DNA from: Patescibacteria group bacterium
Lineage (GTDB): Bacteria > Patescibacteriota > Patescibacteriia > 2-01-FULL-39-33
Length of the DNA stretch: 64,000 nucleotides
Direction: 5' to 3'
Assembly (NCBI GenBank): GCA_041649575.1
Contig: JBAZMW010000001.1
Coordinates: 154,711 to 218,710, forward strand
Position 1 is the stretch's first letter. Every line of letters starts with the position of its first letter. The translations under genes were made by a program, and so were the position numbers. Below the pieces are notes generated by a model. The model was not told where the DNA came from and did not search any database. It worked only from the letters and a program-made list of their open reading frames with translations. Shown here one piece after another: positions 27,028-37,163 of the stretch.

Positions 27028-27728
27028 AGAATAAGGCAAAAGCCGACAAAAACCATCAGCAAATAATTGTTTAAGCGGTTGAGCTCTTCCAGGTTTTCCA
27101 GTCTGACCAGTTTTTGCCAAAAATCCTCGGGGTAAAAATAATTGGCAGCCGGCTTTTGGTCACTGGAGTCGGCAGCAGAATCGGTTTCGGTGTCGCCCAG
27201 GACTCGGCTGCCAAAAAGTTGCACCACCACTATGGCCGAGTGATTTTCAAACTTTCCTTTCAGAGCGGCCAGCCCGATTTCCTGGTATTGCGGCTTGACA
27301 ATATTGTCTCGATGACTGGGGCTGTCAATCCAGGCGCGAAAAAGGTCTTGACTGTTATTAAAATCAATAGCCAGGTTTTCGCCAACGTAAAAATAATTGT
27401 AATTAATTTCTTTGATCCATTGAGAGAACTTTTTGCCGCTGGGTGAGGTGTGGCTGAAATATTGATTAGTCAAAAGATCACTGGCCTTGTTAACCGCCGC
27501 CTGTGTCAGACGAGCATTGACTTTTAGGGGATTGAGCCCCAGGCTAAGCCGGTAATTATTGGTTAAATCAATCAACTCTTGCGGCTTAATGGCCGTTTCC
27601 TCGTTAAGATTCGGGTTTACCCGCGGATACAAGAAAATTGTCGTGGTTAAAGCGATTTTACTGATAATCAAGACTACCGTTAAAAACAAAATTAGTTTTT
27701 TGAAAGACTGGAGACTCAAATTTAGCAA
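26943..27728 (-). CDS. CAP/SCP/PR-1-like (YkwD-type) secreted domain protein
   Basis: N-terminal TM/signal, then ...FSHTSPSGKKF...YVGENLA...AWIDSPSHRDNIVKPQYQEIGLA, typical of the CAP domain. Its 3' end overlaps the uppP 3' end by 85 bp (convergent). Confidence 0.6.
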   Translation of the reverse strand: MLNLSLQSFKKLILFLTVVLIISKIALTTTIFLYPRVNPNLNEETAIKPQELIDLTNNYRLSLGLNPLKVNARLTQAAVNKASDLLTNQYFSHTSPSGKKFSQWIKEINYNYFYVGENLAIDFNNSQDLFRAWIDSPSHRDNIVKPQYQEIGLAALKGKFENHSAIVVVQLFGSRVLGDTETDSAADSSDQKPAANYFYPEDFWQKLVRLENLEELNRLNNYLLMVFVGFCLILYAPKKKINQINIKQPIINRYQAKIFRE

Positions 27729-27807
27729 TTAAAAATTAATTAAAACTCACATATATTATAGCATAAATATTGTCTTAGCGGTTAGGTCAGGCTATTAAAA
27801 AACAGTT

Positions 27808-28815
27808 ATGGTTATAAAAATAAAATTAATAATAATTTTGGTTTTAATCGCGGCGCTAATCGGCGGTTTTTATCTGGCGAGTTTGATTTTGTCGCCGGCC
27901 AGCCGTGAGAGTAAGGTGACTTATTTTTCCATTGAAAGCGGCGAGACGGTGGAACAAATTGCCCAGGATTTAAAAGAGCAAAAATTAATAAAAAGCGAGC
28001 TGGCTTTCAAAGCCTATGTACGCTTTGTGGGCGCGGGTAAAAAATTTGCGGCTGGCCAGCATCAGCTTGGGACCAATATGAGCACAAGAGAAATAGTCGG
28101 AGCTTTAACCAGCAGCGACAATATAAGTAATGAGAAAAAAATTATTATTTTAGAGGGCTGGAGAGCCGAAGATATTGCTAGCTATTTGGCCCGGGCCAAC
28201 CTGGTTGATAAAAAGGAGTTTCTCAAAGCCTTACGGCTCGCCCTTTGGCGCGATAAGTATGATTTTTTGAAAGAGGTGCCCGCTAATAATTTGGAAGGAT
28301 TTCTGTTTCCTGATACTTATCGTGTTTTTGCCGATGCCACCAGCAGCGAGATAATAAAAAAAATGTTGGATAATTTTAATCAGAAACTGACGGAAAAAAT
28401 GAGGGCGGACATTAAGCGGCAAAATGGGGATGTTTTCAGTGTGATAATACTGGCTTCAATTATTGAGCGCGAGGGCTTGTCCGATAATGACAAAAAGATG
28501 ATTGCCGATGTATTTATAAAAAGACTAGAGAAAGGAATAGGGTTGCAATCGGACGCCACTATAAATTATATTACGGGCAAAGGAGATCTGCGGCCAAGTT
28601 TGGCGGATTTGCAAATCGATTCACCATATAATACTTATAAATATCGTGGTCTGCCACCGGGCCCAATTTCCAATCCAGGACTGGTCTCGATAATGGCGAC
28701 AATTTATCCGCAGCAAAATGATTATTATTACTTCTTGACCGACAAGAATGGCAAAGCCATCTTTGCCAAGACCTACGAGGAGCATCAGGCAAACATCAGA
28801 AAATATTTAGAATAA
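27808..28815 (+). CDS. mltG: Endolytic murein transglycosylase MltG (YceG-like)
   Basis: N-terminal TM, then EGWRAEDIA, FPDTYRV, IIEREG, YNTYKYRGLPPGPISNPG motifs. Confidence 0.85.
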   Translation: MVIKIKLIIILVLIAALIGGFYLASLILSPASRESKVTYFSIESGETVEQIAQDLKEQKLIKSELAFKAYVRFVGAGKKFAAGQHQLGTNMSTREIVGALTSSDNISNEKKIIILEGWRAEDIASYLARANLVDKKEFLKALRLALWRDKYDFLKEVPANNLEGFLFPDTYRVFADATSSEIIKKMLDNFNQKLTEKMRADIKRQNGDVFSVIILASIIEREGLSDNDKKMIADVFIKRLEKGIGLQSDATINYITGKGDLRPSLADLQIDSPYNTYKYRGLPPGPISNPGLVSIMATIYPQQNDYYYFLTDKNGKAIFAKTYEEHQANIRKYLE

Positions 28816-28820
28816 TTTTT

Positions 28821-29372
28821 ATGGATCAAGGGCATTACACTCGTGGTGAAAAAGAATTTTTGTTAAAGATCGTCAGAACTACGCTGGAGAAATATTTACA
28901 GACGGATGAAAAGTTTGAGCCCCAGACAGTGAACCAGAGACTTTGGGAGAAGCGAGGCGTATTTGTGACTTTGCACAAAAAAGGCGAGTTGCGTGGTTGC
29001 ATTGGTTATATCGAGCCGGTTGAGCCCATAATGATGGCGGTACGCGATAACGCTATTGCGGCGGCTAATGATCCGCGTTTTTTACCATTGGCGGAAGAAG
29101 AATTAAAAGAAATAGAGATTGAGATTTCTATTTTGACGCCCTTGGAAAAAACGGTTTTGAGCGAAATAAAAAAGGGTGATGGCGTAATGATTAAACGAGG
29201 CAGAGCCGGCGCTACTTATTTGCCTCAGGTTTGGGACGATTTACCCGAGCCAGAAGTATTTTTTGGCAGTTTATGTCAGAAAGCGGGACTAGAAAGAGAA
29301 TGTTACAAAGATCAAAAGACAGAATTTTATAAATATTCGGCCATTGTTTTTAAAGAGGGGGAGATTTTGTAG
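28821..29372 (+). CDS. AMMECR1 domain protein
   Basis: LRGCIGYIEP motif and overall ~180 aa architecture. Confidence 0.8.
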   Translation: MDQGHYTRGEKEFLLKIVRTTLEKYLQTDEKFEPQTVNQRLWEKRGVFVTLHKKGELRGCIGYIEPVEPIMMAVRDNAIAAANDPRFLPLAEEELKEIEIEISILTPLEKTVLSEIKKGDGVMIKRGRAGATYLPQVWDDLPEPEVFFGSLCQKAGLERECYKDQKTEFYKYSAIVFKEGEIL

Positions 29373-29404
29373 GAGAAACGGGTGGAGTTAAAATTTTATT
29401 GCTG

Positions 29405-29432
29405 TTGACAAAATTTTTGTAGCTGCTATACT
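29405..29432 (+). promoter_or_regulatory. Sigma70-like promoter TTGACA-16-TATACT for the rplJL operon
   Basis: Read directly as TTGACAaaatttttgtagctgcTATACT. Confidence 0.6.
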
Positions 29433-29439
29433 GTTATTA

Positions 29440-29583
29440 ACAATCAAATTTTCCACAGACAATGGGCGCCCAAAAGGCTTAATTTACCGCCAAAGCGGTA
29501 GACCTATCGAGGAAATAAGGCTAGAGAGCCATTTTTCGAGTCTGTGGAAAACCACGGATTTTTATTTTATAATCATAATTTTT
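29440..29583 (+). ncRNA. Ribosomal protein L10 leader-like cis-regulatory 5' UTR
   Basis: About 145-nt structured leader directly upstream of rplJ with a long-range stem CCACAGAC...GTCTGTGG. Its position matches the known L10(L12)4 autoregulatory leader. Confidence 0.5.
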
Positions 29584-30111
29584 ATGCCAAAAACCAAAAT
29601 TAAAAAGCAGGAGATTTTAAAAAGCTTGGAAGAGCAAATCGCTCAAGCCAAGTCGGTTGTTTTCGTTAATTTTTCTGGTATACCGGTAAAAGAGATTGAT
29701 GCTCTAAGAAGTAAGGGTAAGGAACAAAAAATTTCTTATACGGTCACCAAAAAAACATTGCTAAAGAGGGTGTTAAAAGAGGGTGGCTATAAGATTGAGG
29801 CAGATAATGATTTTTCAGGGGAGCTGGCCGCTGTTTTAGGTTTGGAGGATGAGGTGGCGCCAGCCAAGCTGGTGAACGACTTTGCTAAAAGTAATGACAA
29901 GTTAAAAATTATTGGTGGTATTTTGGAACACAATCTGATCGGCTCTGATAAAATAGTGGCCTTAGCTAAGCTGCCTTCCAAAAAAGAATTATTGGCCAGG
30001 GCAGTTGGCAGTTTAGCCGCTCCGTTATCGGGATTGGTTAATGTTCTAGAGGGTAATTTGCGCGGTTTGATTTATGCCTTGGGCGCCATCAAAGACAAAA
30101 AGTCAGCTTAA
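29584..30111 (+). CDS. rplJ: 50S ribosomal protein L10
   Basis: 175 aa, conserved uL10 N-terminus, directly upstream of rplL. Confidence 0.9.
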   Translation: MPKTKIKKQEILKSLEEQIAQAKSVVFVNFSGIPVKEIDALRSKGKEQKISYTVTKKTLLKRVLKEGGYKIEADNDFSGELAAVLGLEDEVAPAKLVNDFAKSNDKLKIIGGILEHNLIGSDKIVALAKLPSKKELLARAVGSLAAPLSGLVNVLEGNLRGLIYALGAIKDKKSA

Positions 30112-30141
30112 TTAAAAAAATAAATTAATAATTTAAAATCT

Positions 30142-30570
30142 ATGTCAGAAGAAAAACCTGTCTCGCCGAGCCAAGGCGGAGAAGTGATTGTTCCGGAAAG
30201 GTTCAAAACACTGGTAGAGCAAATCGAAAAACTAAGCGTTTTGGATTTATCGGAATTAGTTAAGGTGTTGGAAGAAAAATTTGGCGTGTCCGCCGCCGCT
30301 CCGGTAGCCATGATGGCTGCTGGCGCCGCCGCCGCTCCGGCCGAAGCTGTCGAAGAAAAGAGCAGTTTTGATATCGAGTTAACCGCCGCCGGAGAAAACA
30401 AGATTGCCGTCATCAAGGCGGTGCGGGTGGTCACCGAACTGGGCCTGAAAGAAGCCAAAGATTTGGTGGACGGAGCTCCTAAGATGGTTAAGGAAGGCGT
30501 CAAAAAAGAGGATGCCGAAAAGATCAAGAAAGAATTGGAAGCGGCCGGCGCCACCGTCACCCTAAAATAA
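30142..30570 (+). CDS. rplL: 50S ribosomal protein L7/L12
   Basis: Ala-rich hinge plus C-terminal [56 protein letters not shown]. Confidence 0.95.
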   Translation: MSEEKPVSPSQGGEVIVPERFKTLVEQIEKLSVLDLSELVKVLEEKFGVSAAAPVAMMAAGAAAAPAEAVEEKSSFDIELTAAGENKIAVIKAVRVVTELGLKEAKDLVDGAPKMVKEGVKKEDAEKIKKELEAAGATVTLK

Positions 30571-30592
30571 AAGGGCTGATAAAAACACCCCG

Positions 30593-30629
30593 AAAGATCT
30601 CGGGGTGTTTTTGGTTTTTAGAAATTAAT
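30593..30629. terminator. Rho-independent terminator (AACACCCCGAaagatcTCGGGGTGTT + TTTTGGTTTTT), bidirectional
   Basis: Perfect stem and T-tract; overlaps the stop of the convergent minus-strand gene. Confidence 0.75.
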
Positions 30630-33023
30630 GTCGATTTGGTAAATTTTATTATCTGCCAGCAGGTAGATTTTTTTATCTTTTTCGGCCACCGACATGGCTT
30701 TTATTTCAGAAAAGTTTTTGGAAATGAATTGGGTCTTCAGGTTGCCTTTTTTGTCTACGACAACGATTCTTTTATTGGTTCGATTTAGCAGGTAAAGATA
30801 GTTAGAATCGGCTTCGGTTTGGATTTGGGCGATATCACTGAAGGCTGGGTCGAGCTTGATACTGAAAGATTCTTTTATTTTGCCGGCAGCCAAATAATTT
30901 ATTTCCCCATTGTTTTTGGCGGTAAAAACACCGCCGTCGATAGCCAAGGCGGTGGCCTCCTTAACGCTGGTACCGTCTTTAATCCAGGGACTACCGGAGT
31001 TGTAGACGTCATTACTGGGGTAGTGTTTGAAAATTTGATTTTTGGCGGTTTTGAGCGTATAGAGCTTGTCGCCATAAACAGCAAAATCTCTAATAGCAGT
31101 GTCGGCGGTGAGAACTTTCTCGGTGGTACCGCCGGAAAAATTGTGGCGGAAAAATTCCCGGTCGCCATTTAAAATTAAAACGCTATTATTTAAGGCGACG
31201 ATCTTGGCCACTTGAGTTAAGGGGTTGTTGAGCTGGATAGGGATGGTTTGCGATTTATCCAAATCTATTTTATAGAGTTTTTGATTCTGGTTGTCGAAGG
31301 TAAACAGCAGACCGCCACTCTTTGCTAAACCGACCGTCTGGGAATCAGGGTTCTGATTTTTTAGATCGGCGACTACTTTAGGATTTTCCAAGTAAGAGAC
31401 TTTTTGCAAAAGCTGATTCAGATCGGAGACTTTTTTGCCTAAATCGTCGCGGGTTTTTTTGTATTTGCGGGTCAAGGGAATTTTTCCCAACAGCTCGCTG
31501 GCCTGGCTCAGGGAATTCTTGGCTCCCGCTTCGTCATTGAAAATATTTTGCGCTTCGGCGGAGTTGATGCTCTCCTCGATTTGTTTGGTCAGCTCATCAA
31601 TATTTACTTGGGAGTTGGCCGTTGCCTCCCGTCCTTGCCAGACCAGACTTTGGCAAAACAAAAAAACCAAAACAAAGAGAGCGATTATTAGTATTTGCTT
31701 GGGTCGGCGAAGGTTGATAAATTTGGCGATTTGCCGGTTTAGCCAGTCGCTAATAGCCAAGAGCGGCCTGGGTCTTTTTTGAAAAGTTATTATTTTTTTG
31801 TAATTATCCAGGTTGATCTGATCGGCGATTCTTTTTATTACCGCGGCCGGCCGGATAATCTTTGGCTCTCTTGTTTCGGCCAACTCGTTTGAGGCCAACG
31901 ATTCATCGGCCATTCTTTTTTTAGCAACCTCGATTCTTGGCGGCTCGGCGGCGCTGGACAAGGCCTGCTCCGGAGCGGTTTCGTCAGCGAAAGAAAAATC
32001 TTCTGGAGTCGGCTTGACCTGGGGCCGGCGGGCAACAATTTTTTGTTTGAAACCAGAGAAAACGGCAGAAACTGCCAGGCCAATTTTTGCCAAACCAATT
32101 TTTAGATAACCAAATAATTTTTTTGTCGCTTTACCCAGAGCGGAAAAAATTATAATCAGCGCCTTCTTCCAATTAGGCAACAGGGAAGGGGTAAGATACT
32201 TTTCGGTTTTTTCCTGGGTGTCGAGTAGCCGGTTGATGGAGTGTTGGGGGTGGGCATTGGGTCCACTAAGAGCTCTGTCTGCTACCAGTCGTTGGCTTGT
32301 TTCTTTGGTGGCGGCTTCTTCCTCGGGGCCTGGCGATTGGATAATAACGGCATAAAAATTACCCTTGGCTCCTTGCATTTTCAGCACTTTTTCTATTTCA
32401 CTGATAGTGGCCATGGAAGTGTTTTCAGCGGCAATCTCCATTAAGTTGCTTTGCGACAAATATTCTAGAATAGCGTTGTTACAAATCAGCAGGTCGTCTT
32501 TGGAAGTAATAGAGCCGCTGATAATATTGGAGAACATCTTTTCCGGATTGTGCTTGGATTTTTTTTCTCCCGCTTGGCTAAAAATGTCAATGATTAAATG
32601 TTCGTAGCGTTTTTTGTAATGGAAGAGAAAGGCGTTGTTTTTGCCGATCTGGCTAAGATAGATTTTGTTTTTGTGGATCAGGCCGATTAAGGAATTAATG
32701 CCGCCCAGATCGATTTCGGCAATGGATTCCTGGATCATCCTGTAAAGCCGGCGGTTGGCTCGTTGCAGGCATTCCTCGAATCTTTTTTCCAGGCCGTATT
32801 CTATCTCGAAAGGCGGCAAATAATATTCTGTCTGTAAATCAGAAATAATTTCGGAAAATTTTTCCGTCACCTCGTCGGGTAGGCCGGAAAGTTCTATAAT
32901 ACCGAAAATCACGCCTAGTTTGTTTTTAAGCTCTTTATCGGTATCGGCGATGAAAGCGTCGCCCAGCACGTCCGGATCGGTCTCCCAGGCCAGCCGGCCA
33001 ATTTTTATTGGAAAGTTAGTCAT
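30618..33023 (-). CDS. Large hypothetical membrane protein (801 aa) with a cytoplasmic N-terminal domain, TM segments and a C-terminal beta-rich (propeller-like) domain
   Basis: Long ORF with hydrophobic segments (ALIIIFSALGKA..., ILIIALFVLVFLFCQ); no confident motif. Confidence 0.45.
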   Translation of the reverse strand: MTNFPIKIGRLAWETDPDVLGDAFIADTDKELKNKLGVIFGIIELSGLPDEVTEKFSEIISDLQTEYYLPPFEIEYGLEKRFEECLQRANRRLYRMIQESIAEIDLGGINSLIGLIHKNKIYLSQIGKNNAFLFHYKKRYEHLIIDIFSQAGEKKSKHNPEKMFSNIISGSITSKDDLLICNNAILEYLSQSNLMEIAAENTSMATISEIEKVLKMQGAKGNFYAVIIQSPGPEEEAATKETSQRLVADRALSGPNAHPQHSINRLLDTQEKTEKYLTPSLLPNWKKALIIIFSALGKATKKLFGYLKIGLAKIGLAVSAVFSGFKQKIVARRPQVKPTPEDFSFADETAPEQALSSAAEPPRIEVAKKRMADESLASNELAETREPKIIRPAAVIKRIADQINLDNYKKIITFQKRPRPLLAISDWLNRQIAKFINLRRPKQILIIALFVLVFLFCQSLVWQGREATANSQVNIDELTKQIEESINSAEAQNIFNDEAGAKNSLSQASELLGKIPLTRKYKKTRDDLGKKVSDLNQLLQKVSYLENPKVVADLKNQNPDSQTVGLAKSGGLLFTFDNQNQKLYKIDLDKSQTIPIQLNNPLTQVAKIVALNNSVLILNGDREFFRHNFSGGTTEKVLTADTAIRDFAVYGDKLYTLKTAKNQIFKHYPSNDVYNSGSPWIKDGTSVKEATALAIDGGVFTAKNNGEINYLAAGKIKESFSIKLDPAFSDIAQIQTEADSNYLYLLNRTNKRIVVVDKKGNLKTQFISKNFSEIKAMSVAEKDKKIYLLADNKIYQIDINF

Positions 33024-33134
33024 TTAAATAAATAATAAAGAAACAGAGAAGCTTAAATGATTTTACATTAAATCTACAATATTATACAATATTTAACAGA
33101 GTTAAGTCCAATATTACTTTACAGGACACAAGGC

Positions 33135-33758
33135 ATGCTTGAACAACTTTTTGGTTCAAAAACCAGAGTTTGTTTACTTCGGCTTTTTTTAAACAACCCG
33201 GAGAAATTTTTCTTTGTGCGAGAATTGTCCAGAAATTTAGAATTACAGCTCAACTCAATCCGCAGGGAACTGGAAAATCTGGAAAATATCGGCATCATTA
33301 CCTGCCACACAAAAAGGGATTTGGAGAAGGAAGTGGAAAAAGAATTAAAGGACAACAAAAAGTATTACAAACTCAATAATAATTTTGTTTTTGTCGAGGA
33401 ACTTCGTGTGCTGCTTATTAAGGCTCAGCTGATATTGGAAAAATCGCTGGTGGAAAAGGTGGAAAAACTGGGCAGCGTTCATTTCTTTTTGTTGTCGGGA
33501 ATTTTTGTAGGTCGCAGTGACGCGCCGGCTGATTTATTGGTAGTCGGCAAAGTCAATCGCAGAAAGTTTCATAATTTGATCAAGGGATTTGAGAAAGAAT
33601 TGGGCCAGTCGATAAATTATACCGTAATGACTAGAGCCGATTTTCAATATCGTCGCGATGTGACTGATAAGTTTTTATACGATTTGTTAGAAGGAAAAAA
33701 CATGGTGATTATGGACAGGTTGCCGCCACAATCAACCAGAGTTTATAAAAAGCATTGA
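33135..33758 (+). CDS. Putative winged-helix transcriptional regulator (207 aa)
   Basis: N-terminus KTRVCLLRLFLNNPEKFFFVRELSRNL looks wHTH-like; the C-terminal domain is unassigned. Confidence 0.35.
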   Translation: MLEQLFGSKTRVCLLRLFLNNPEKFFFVRELSRNLELQLNSIRRELENLENIGIITCHTKRDLEKEVEKELKDNKKYYKLNNNFVFVEELRVLLIKAQLILEKSLVEKVEKLGSVHFFLLSGIFVGRSDAPADLLVVGKVNRRKFHNLIKGFEKELGQSINYTVMTRADFQYRRDVTDKFLYDLLEGKNMVIMDRLPPQSTRVYKKH

Positions 33759-33777
33759 TTTTAGAAACTAAAAGTTT

Positions 33778-35175
33778 ATGAATAACAGAATCGGTTGGCT
33801 GATTTTTGGGGGATTGTTTTTGGGAGGATTATTTTTTTTGCCACAATTGTCGCTGGCCGTGACACCAAAAATTTTACCGGAGATTAAAATTTTTGACGCG
33901 CAAGGCGTTCTCAAAAAGAGTTTTTTGGTTTTCGGTAAAAATTATCAGGGGACAGCCGATTTGGCGGTTGTGGATTTGGGTGGCGATGGCACCAAGGAAA
34001 TCATAGTCGGCGCCGGCGGCGGCAACTGGCCGGCGGTGGAGGTTTGGCGCGGTGAGGGCAGTAAAATTTATGATTTTTTGGCTTATGATAAGAATTTTAA
34101 AGGCGGGGTTTTTGTCGGCGCTGGCGATATTGACGGTGACAAAAAAGAAGAGATCATCACGGGCGCCGGCTATGGCGGCGGGCCGCACGTTAGAATTTTT
34201 AAGGACAAGGAGCCGATTTTGAACTTTTTTGCCTTTAATAAAGACGATCGGCAAGGGACAAAAGTAACAGCAGCCGATTTGGGCGGCGACGGCCGGGTAG
34301 AGATATTGGCCGGCTCCAGCTTCAATCAACAGCCAGAGTTGTTGCTTTTTGACAATCTGGGCGGCAAATTAAGCACCGGACAAAAATTTAATTTTTCTTC
34401 GAATAGCGGACTAAATTTAAGCAAGCTGGACATTAACGGCGACAAGAAAAATGAGATTCTTTTGGCTTCAGGCTATGGCAATCCGCCGGAAGTTTTTATT
34501 TTGGATAATCGGCTTAAGGAAATAGGCAAATTTTTGGCGGCGGAAGCGAACTACCAGGGAGGCATTAATGTGGCCGGCGGGGATATTGATAATGACGGCC
34601 AAGACGAGATAATCACCAGTATCAGTTTTGCCGGCCAGCCGAGAATAAAAATTTTCAAAGCCAATGGTGAATTAATCAAAGAGTTTTGGGCTTACGATAC
34701 GGGCTACCGGGGCGGGGTCAAGGTGGCGGCGGGAGATGTCGACGGCGACGGTCGGCTGGAAATTATCACCCTGCCGGAGAGAATTTTCGGCAATTTAAGG
34801 ACGGAATACAAATACATAGAAGTTGACTTAAAGCAACAGCGCTTAAAGTATTGGCAGGGCGGCTATCAGCTGGGTAGTTTTTTAATTTCTTCCGGTTTGG
34901 CCAAAACGCCAACACCGACAGGAGAGTTTGTGATTTATAACAAGCGTCCCAAGGTGACGATGAGCTGGTATTACGGACCCAACAATCCTATGAATTATAA
35001 TTTACCCGGCGTACCCTGGGTCTCGTCTTTTTCCGGCCATTATACCATTCATGGCACCTATTGGCATAATAATTTCGGCCACCCCATGAGCCATGGCTGC
35101 ATTAATATGAAGACACCAGAAGCAAAAATAATTTATGACTGGGCGGATCTGGGAACTAAAGTGATTATTAACTGA
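33778..35175 (+). CDS. Secreted FG-GAP repeat protein fused to a C-terminal L,D-transpeptidase (YkuD) catalytic domain
   Basis: Signal peptide; six FG-GAP repeats (e.g. GDIDGDKKEEIITGAGYGGGPHVRIF); catalytic motif HGTYWHNNFGHPMSHGCINM of L,D-transpeptidases. Confidence 0.8.
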   Translation: MNNRIGWLIFGGLFLGGLFFLPQLSLAVTPKILPEIKIFDAQGVLKKSFLVFGKNYQGTADLAVVDLGGDGTKEIIVGAGGGNWPAVEVWRGEGSKIYDFLAYDKNFKGGVFVGAGDIDGDKKEEIITGAGYGGGPHVRIFKDKEPILNFFAFNKDDRQGTKVTAADLGGDGRVEILAGSSFNQQPELLLFDNLGGKLSTGQKFNFSSNSGLNLSKLDINGDKKNEILLASGYGNPPEVFILDNRLKEIGKFLAAEANYQGGINVAGGDIDNDGQDEIITSISFAGQPRIKIFKANGELIKEFWAYDTGYRGGVKVAAGDVDGDGRLEIITLPERIFGNLRTEYKYIEVDLKQQRLKYWQGGYQLGSFLISSGLAKTPTPTGEFVIYNKRPKVTMSWYYGPNNPMNYNLPGVPWVSSFSGHYTIHGTYWHNNFGHPMSHGCINMKTPEAKIIYDWADLGTKVIIN

Positions 35176-35180
35176 TTTTT

Positions 35181-35582
35181 ATGATTCTAATCATTAACAC
35201 CGCTGGTAGCGATTTCTCGGAAATAATTTTGGCTAAAACCAAGGATAAGTTTTTGATCAAAAAAATAGCCGGACATGGCCGACAACAATCAGAAAAATTA
35301 TTGGCAACAGTGGATGCTTTTTCAAAGAAAAATAAAGTAAAGCTGGCTCAGCTTAAAGCTATTGGGGTGGTGAGCGGTCCCGGAAGTTTTACGGCGCTAA
35401 GAATAGGCGTTACAGCAGCCAATACCCTGGCTTATGCTTTAAAGTTGCCGCTCGTTGGCTTAAAATTAGGAGAATTTAACGACAGCAAACAGCTGGTTGA
35501 TAAAATTTTTAGAAAAATAGTAAAAACCAAACCAGGAAGAATCGTGTCTCCCTTCTATAACAAAGAACCCAATATAAGTTAG
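35181..35582 (+). CDS. tsaB: TsaB/YeaZ-like tRNA t6A biosynthesis protein (short form)
   Basis: VVSGPGSFTALRIGVTAANTLAYALKLPL motif; only 133 aa. Confidence 0.55.
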   Translation: MILIINTAGSDFSEIILAKTKDKFLIKKIAGHGRQQSEKLLATVDAFSKKNKVKLAQLKAIGVVSGPGSFTALRIGVTAANTLAYALKLPLVGLKLGEFNDSKQLVDKIFRKIVKTKPGRIVSPFYNKEPNIS

Positions 35583-35685
35583 CTGGCCTTATTTATCCCC
35601 AATTTATTAACTTATTGTCGAAATAATGAAAAAAATGGCTTAAAATCAGGCCATTTTTTGTGTTTAAAAATAATTGACGCCAGTG

Positions 35686-35744
35686 TTGAAAAGTAAAATA
35701 AAGTGGTGTATAATAAATGATATATGGGGAAAAGTGGGGAAAAC
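35686..35744 (+). promoter_or_regulatory. mraZ promoter (TTGAAA-17-TGTATAAT, extended -10) followed by two direct TGGGGAAAA repeats, candidate MraZ operator
   Basis: Read directly; repeats at 35725 and 35736 upstream of mraZ. Confidence 0.5.
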
Positions 35745-35800
35745 CTGTTTGGTAAGAGGATAAATCCAATACAAAATTATAAAAAAGTCAATTAAAGACC

Positions 35801-36229
35801 ATGTTTGTCGGCCAATATTCACACAATTTAGATAATAAAGGCAGGGTGGCGGTGCCAGCCAAGTTTCGTCAGGAATTGAAAAAAGCAGTGGTTACCAAGG
35901 GTTTGGATGACTGCCTTTTTTTATATCCCAAAAATGAGTGGGACAAAATTGCCACCAAGGTGGCTAATTTGCCCATGGATAAGCCGGAAAATCGCGCTTT
36001 CGCCCGCTCGCTTCTGGCCGGCGCTTCGGAAACAGAGTTTGATAAGCAAGGAAGAATAATTCTGCCGGAGTATTTAAGGGAGTTTGCCGGCATCAATAAA
36101 AATGTCATCATAGTCGGTTTGTATAATCGTTTGGAAATCTGGGATGAAAAGAAATGGGATAATTATAGAAAGGAAAGCGACAGGAATTATAACAACATCG
36201 CTAACGCGTTGAATGACTTAAGATCCTGA
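35801..36229 (+). CDS. mraZ: Transcriptional regulator MraZ
   Basis: MFVGQYSHNLDNKGRVAVPAKFR, two SpoVT/AbrB-like halves. Confidence 0.9.
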   Translation: MFVGQYSHNLDNKGRVAVPAKFRQELKKAVVTKGLDDCLFLYPKNEWDKIATKVANLPMDKPENRAFARSLLAGASETEFDKQGRIILPEYLREFAGINKNVIIVGLYNRLEIWDEKKWDNYRKESDRNYNNIANALNDLRS

Positions 36230-36235
36230 AAAATC

Positions 36236-37135
36236 ATGCTGGAAATCCAGAGCCTACATCAGCCAGTATTATTGAGAGAGGTTTTATCTTATCTTAGTCC
36301 ACAGCCCGGCAAAAATTTTGTGGACTGCACTTTTGGCGGCGCCGGACACGCTTTGGAAATTTTGGAGAAGATTAAGCCGCAGGGCAGATTAATCGGTATT
36401 GATTGGGACGATTCGGCGATTCTGACCAGCCGTAATGAGAATTTAATCTTAGTCAATGATAATTATAAAAATTTAAAAAAAATAATCAATGATGCTGGAA
36501 TTGATAAAATTAGCGGAATACTGCTGGACCTGGGGCTGTCTTCAAATCAGCTCGGCCGAGAGGATCGGGGATTTGGTTTCCAGAGCCAGGGACATCTTGA
36601 CTTAAGATACAGCCAGCAGACCAACGGATTGACGGCGAGAGATATTTTAAAAAGTTACAGCGAGGAAGAGTTGTTTCAAATATTTAAAAATTATGGAGAA
36701 GAGCCACTGTCTCGGCCAATCGCCAAGAAAATAATCGCGAAACGCCAAGAAGGTCGGGCCATTGAGACGGCTGAAATGCTTGTCCAGCTAGTCTCACAAG
36801 TCTACTCCCATTATTTTAAATCACGTTCGCGCCGTAATCCGGCCACCAGAGTTTTTCAGGCGCTAAGAATCGCTGTTAATGATGAATTTGGCAATCTGCG
36901 GAGTGTTTTGCCGCAAGCAGTGGAGGCCCTAGTTCCTGGCGGCCGGCTGGCGGTAATTTCCTTTCATTCTGGAGAGGATCGTATTGTCAAACAGTTCTTC
37001 AGGCAGGAGGCCAAAAAAGATCGGCCGACAGTTAAAATTTTGACCAAAAAGCCGATAACAGCTTCGACTCAAGAGAGAGAAAAAAATCCCCGCAGCCGCA
37101 GCGCTAAACTAAGAGTAGTCGAAAAAATTAATTAA
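36236..37135 (+). CDS. rsmH: 16S rRNA (cytosine1402-N4)-methyltransferase RsmH
   Basis: HQPVLLREVL..DCTFGGAGH..DLGLSSNQL motifs. Confidence 0.9.
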   Translation: MLEIQSLHQPVLLREVLSYLSPQPGKNFVDCTFGGAGHALEILEKIKPQGRLIGIDWDDSAILTSRNENLILVNDNYKNLKKIINDAGIDKISGILLDLGLSSNQLGREDRGFGFQSQGHLDLRYSQQTNGLTARDILKSYSEEELFQIFKNYGEEPLSRPIAKKIIAKRQEGRAIETAEMLVQLVSQVYSHYFKSRSRRNPATRVFQALRIAVNDEFGNLRSVLPQAVEALVPGGRLAVISFHSGEDRIVKQFFRQEAKKDRPTVKILTKKPITASTQEREKNPRSRSAKLRVVEKIN

Positions 37136-37163
37136 TAATAAAAGTGGCTAGCAAAACAAGTTT

